64,000 bases of DNA from Clostridia bacterium (GTDB taxonomy: Bacteria; Bacillota; Clostridia; JAAYHZ01), in the NCBI GenBank assembly GCA_050950825.1, contig JBMNIH010000003.1:192001-256000 (forward strand), in the 5' to 3' direction. Shown here piece after piece: positions 61,018-64,000 of the stretch. Each line of letters begins with the position of its first letter. Positions within the stretch are counted from its first letter, which is position 1. The notes beneath the pieces were generated by a model. It saw nothing but the letters and a program-made list of their open reading frames with translations, had not been told where the DNA came from and ran no database searches. A program made the translations under genes and the position numbers.

Positions 61018-61827
61018 TCAAAACAGAAGGATACTGACCGCCATAACCGCCATTCCCAAGATAAGCCCGTACATGGACACGTGGTGATTGGAGTACTTTT
61101 CGGCGGTAGGTAACAGCTCGTCTAAGGAAATATAGACCATAATGCCCGCTACCGCAGCGAAAACAACGCCGAAGGTGATTTCGTTAAAGATGCTGCGGAG
61201 TATAAAGTAGCCTACAACGGCGCCTAAAGGTTCCGAAAGCCCGGATATGAAGGAATAACCGATAGCTTTCCGTTTGCTCTTCGTTGCGTATAACACCGGT
61301 ACCGCGATGGCGATCCCTTCCGGAATGTTATGAATGGCTATGGCAACGGCAATGCTGATGCCTAACGCCGGATCGTCCATGGTGCCGGTCAATGTGGCCA
61401 AGCCTTCCGGAAAGTTGTGTATGGCGATGGCTAAGGCCGAAAACAAGCCCATTCTCAATAAATACTTGTCCTCCGGTACTCCGGTCTTGTCCAATTGCTG
61501 CAGATTCGGTACTTCGTGAGGATTGTCGGCACTGGGAACCAGCTTGTCGATGAGAGCGATAAGGCCGATTCCTGCAAAAAATGCAATGGTAGTAAGCAAA
61601 AAACCTTTCGAATCGCCGTAAACCGCCGCCAACGATTCACGAGCCTTCGGGAAAATGTCAATCATCGAAACATAAATCATGACACCGGCGGAAAATCCCA
61701 ATGCGCTTGATAAAAACTTGTTGCTTAAATTTCTCTTAAAAACGGATATGAGTCCGCCTATCGTCGTAGATAATCCTGCAAGCAAAGTCAGTGCAAATGC
61801 CAGTATCATCCTCGGTTCTATCCCCAT
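61018..61827 (-). CDS. zupT: ZIP-family zinc transporter
   Basis: HNFPEG and HNIPEG motifs, ISLDELLP. Confidence 0.92.
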   Translation of the reverse strand: MGIEPRMILAFALTLLAGLSTTIGGLISVFKRNLSNKFLSSALGFSAGVMIYVSMIDIFPKARESLAAVYGDSKGFLLTTIAFFAGIGLIALIDKLVPSADNPHEVPNLQQLDKTGVPEDKYLLRMGLFSALAIAIHNFPEGLATLTGTMDDPALGISIAVAIAIHNIPEGIAIAVPVLYATKSKRKAIGYSFISGLSEPLGAVVGYFILRSIFNEITFGVVFAAVAGIMVYISLDELLPTAEKYSNHHVSMYGLILGMAVMAVSILLF

Positions 61828-61934
61828 CCCTTTTATAGCCTCCCGGTTCCGTATTCGATTCGTTCCGCAGTCACAAATCATTATACACAAGGAAGAACTC
61901 AATAACAAGGGTGAATCCCCGTATTCTCGAAAGA

Positions 61935-62619
61935 TCACAAAGGCCTTCGGATGGAAATCGTATTACCGGTCATACCACTTCGCTTGCACGGTATAAAGCC
62001 TTTTGTATTCCCCGTCGCGCTGATACGGTGAGTAACCATAATGACCGTTTTGCCTTCGGACATGGCCAAAAATTTTCCAAAAATCTCCGATTCCGCAAGG
62101 GGATCCAAATTGCTTGTAGGTTCGTCCAAAACGATGAAGTCCCGATCTCGGTAATAGGCACGGGCGATGGCAAGCTTTTGTCACTGACGACAGCCGCCCT
62201 CGGGTCATCAATACAATGGCGAATACGTTGGCTACCACTACGGCAAGATTGGAAATGGAACCGCTTACGGTTCCGAGAAGAAACACATGAAGCTGATTCT
62301 TCTTTTCTTTCACTACATAATCGTCCGCAAGCGCTTTCCATTTGGCAAAGAAAAAGTCGAACAAATTCAAAGCCTTTATTTCTTTTGCAGAGCCGCCTAA
62401 CATAACATTTTGGTAGTATCCCGCCTCTCGAAGAATTTTCCCGTTATCTCGGACGAACTTAAACCTCAATTTGTTGCCAACATAGGTGGTGTAAAGGGTC
62501 GGAATCGGTGCAACCAAAACAATGAAGCAAAGCAGCGGATTAAATATGTATAAAGACAAGGCAACCATAACCACGGATACGATTTTTGCAGTCCGGTTGA
62601 CCGTCCCGAGGGTTTGCAA
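61935..62619 (-). pseudogene. ABC exporter (TMD-NBD) remnant with internal deletion
   Basis: TMD piece (AKEIKALNL) joined near 62182 to QKLAIARAYYRDRDFIVLDEPTS; Walker A region missing. Confidence 0.8.
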
Positions 62620-62805
62620 GAAAAAAACAACCGAAGGTTAAATCAACCGGCATATCATCTTCTTAGATTTAACACGGGATCCAATCGTTTCTATATTTAT
62701 GTATCATTGTAACATAAACGGTTGGCCTTGTTTAACACATCATTTTATATATAAAAAATCCGAGCCTTCCCAAAAGAAAACTCGGATCTTGATTTTTTGT
62801 TTTGA

Positions 62806-64000
62806 TCATAGATTTTCCGCTCTTAACATGTCCATGATATTTTCGTCCTTTACCTTCGATCCGGAATAAAACATGGTAACTCCTACGATGGCAAACACCA
62901 CGATCACGGCGCCTATGACGCTCTTCCAAGGAATCGAGAAGGATATTTCGAAGGATCGGCCTAAAATTCGGTGCAACAGCCTCATAATGATATAGCTTAC
63001 GGGCAATCCGAAAAGCAACGCTTTAACACCGTAAAAAAGGCTTTCGTAGTAAAGCATTTTGTAAAAGCCTTTCGGCGTCATCCCTACCGACAGCATCATA
63101 CCGAATTCTCTTTTACGAAGCTGAATACCGGTGGAAACCGTATTGAATATGTTGGCAATGCATATGGCGGTAATCAATGCCACGAATCCGTAAAAGAACA
63201 CGTAAACGAAGGTCAAAAACCGCCTTTGCTCTCTGTGGTCCGCGTTGTAATCGATTACAAAAATCTCGTCTATGGATGTCCGGTCCTTGTATAGAAAGAT
63301 TTGATCCGACAATTCTTCCGAATCGGAGGTTCGAATATACAATTTCGGTTGAATGTTTCGGTACTTTTGCGGATACCCGGAATAAATGGCGTCAAAGGTC
63401 TCTTGGGAAATGAAAATTTGAATATTGTAAGGGTACCTCGGTATTTCCGTTCCTAAAGGCGCTTGCTCCGCCATGGCGGCAATTTCAATCTCCATTGTTA
63501 ATACGGATTGATCGGGAAGGAAGACAAGATTTAAAGAATCTCCTTTTTTCACATTCAAATACTCCGATCGAATGTATTGTTCTTTAGCTTTGATATTCGT
63601 TACGTTTAACAGAATGCCTTTCGGATTGTTCCCATCCTTCAACGAAGCCATGTCCGCGCCGACAAGACGAGCGTACTGCTCAAAAGCCTCCTCGTCCAAA
63701 GCGATCAGCTCCACGCCGAAATAGGTTTTTAACACTTTTTCTCCGTCTTCGTTTGTAAAGGTGCTGCTCATCTGATAATACCCGGCATCATACATTTCCT
63801 TTACTTTAGGAGCCAATATCTCTCCTTTTGTTTCCAGACTCCAATACAAGGTTTTTTGTACGGCGCTTTTTTCGACCTCTTTCATGCCTTGAATTCCTTT
63901 ATAAAACGCGAGGATATCCTCTTCGGTTTCTTGAGAGGTTACATGGACGGAAAGGTCGTAGGGCATGTTGTTGACGGCCAAAGCGGCGGATCGGTTCGTC
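62806..64000 (-). CDS. FtsX/MacB-like ABC permease, C-terminal part (5'-truncated by the window)
   Basis: NIFNTVSTGIQLRKREFGMMLSVGMT, C-terminal TM helices. Confidence 0.85.
   Translation of the reverse strand, partial: TNRSAALAVNNMPYDLSVHVTSQETEEDILAFYKGIQGMKEVEKSAVQKTLYWSLETKGEILAPKVKEMYDAGYYQMSSTFTNEDGEKVLKTYFGVELIALDEEAFEQYARLVGADMASLKDGNNPKGILLNVTNIKAKEQYIRSEYLNVKKGDSLNLVFLPDQSVLTMEIEIAAMAEQAPLGTEIPRYPYNIQIFISQETFDAIYSGYPQKYRNIQPKLYIRTSDSEELSDQIFLYKDRTSIDEIFVIDYNADHREQRRFLTFVYVFFYGFVALITAICIANIFNTVSTGIQLRKREFGMMLSVGMTPKGFYKMLYYESLFYGVKALLFGLPVSYIIMRLLHRILGRSFEISFSIPWKSVIGAVIVVFAIVGVTMFYSGSKVKDENIMDMLRAENL

Noticed and set aside
1-64000. CRISPR arrays, tRNA or rRNA genes
   Set aside because: No regularly spaced direct repeats, cloverleafs or rRNA motifs were seen by eye

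Overview
Chromosomal window of a spore-forming Clostridia-type (Firmicutes) bacterium. This is inferred from a T-box, a c-di-AMP riboswitch, sigma-A promoters, a LysM-GH18 spore protein and split Ku/LigD genes. Housekeeping and metabolic genes dominate: leuA, znuABC, rplY, two carbamoyl-phosphate synthetase large subunits, murI, feoAB, metA, cysK, mnmA, cysE, zupT, carbohydrate-active enzymes and c-di-GMP enzymes. Accessory elements are a decayed serine-recombinase island, a complete group IIC intron inserted behind a terminator, an RloA/RloB-type defence pair and several pseudogenes. RNA features are a Leu T-box, a c-di-AMP riboswitch and a 6S RNA. Three observations stand out. (1) A CarB-DapF fusion protein, whose carA leader has a terminator that buries a Shine-Dalgarno plus AUG-UAA start-stop element. 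(2) A c-di-AMP riboswitch with no protein gene downstream, followed instead by an unannotated ~160-nt rod-like structured RNA with its own terminator. (3) A second, orphan carB under an ARG box. All calls come from reading motifs by eye; no database searches were run.
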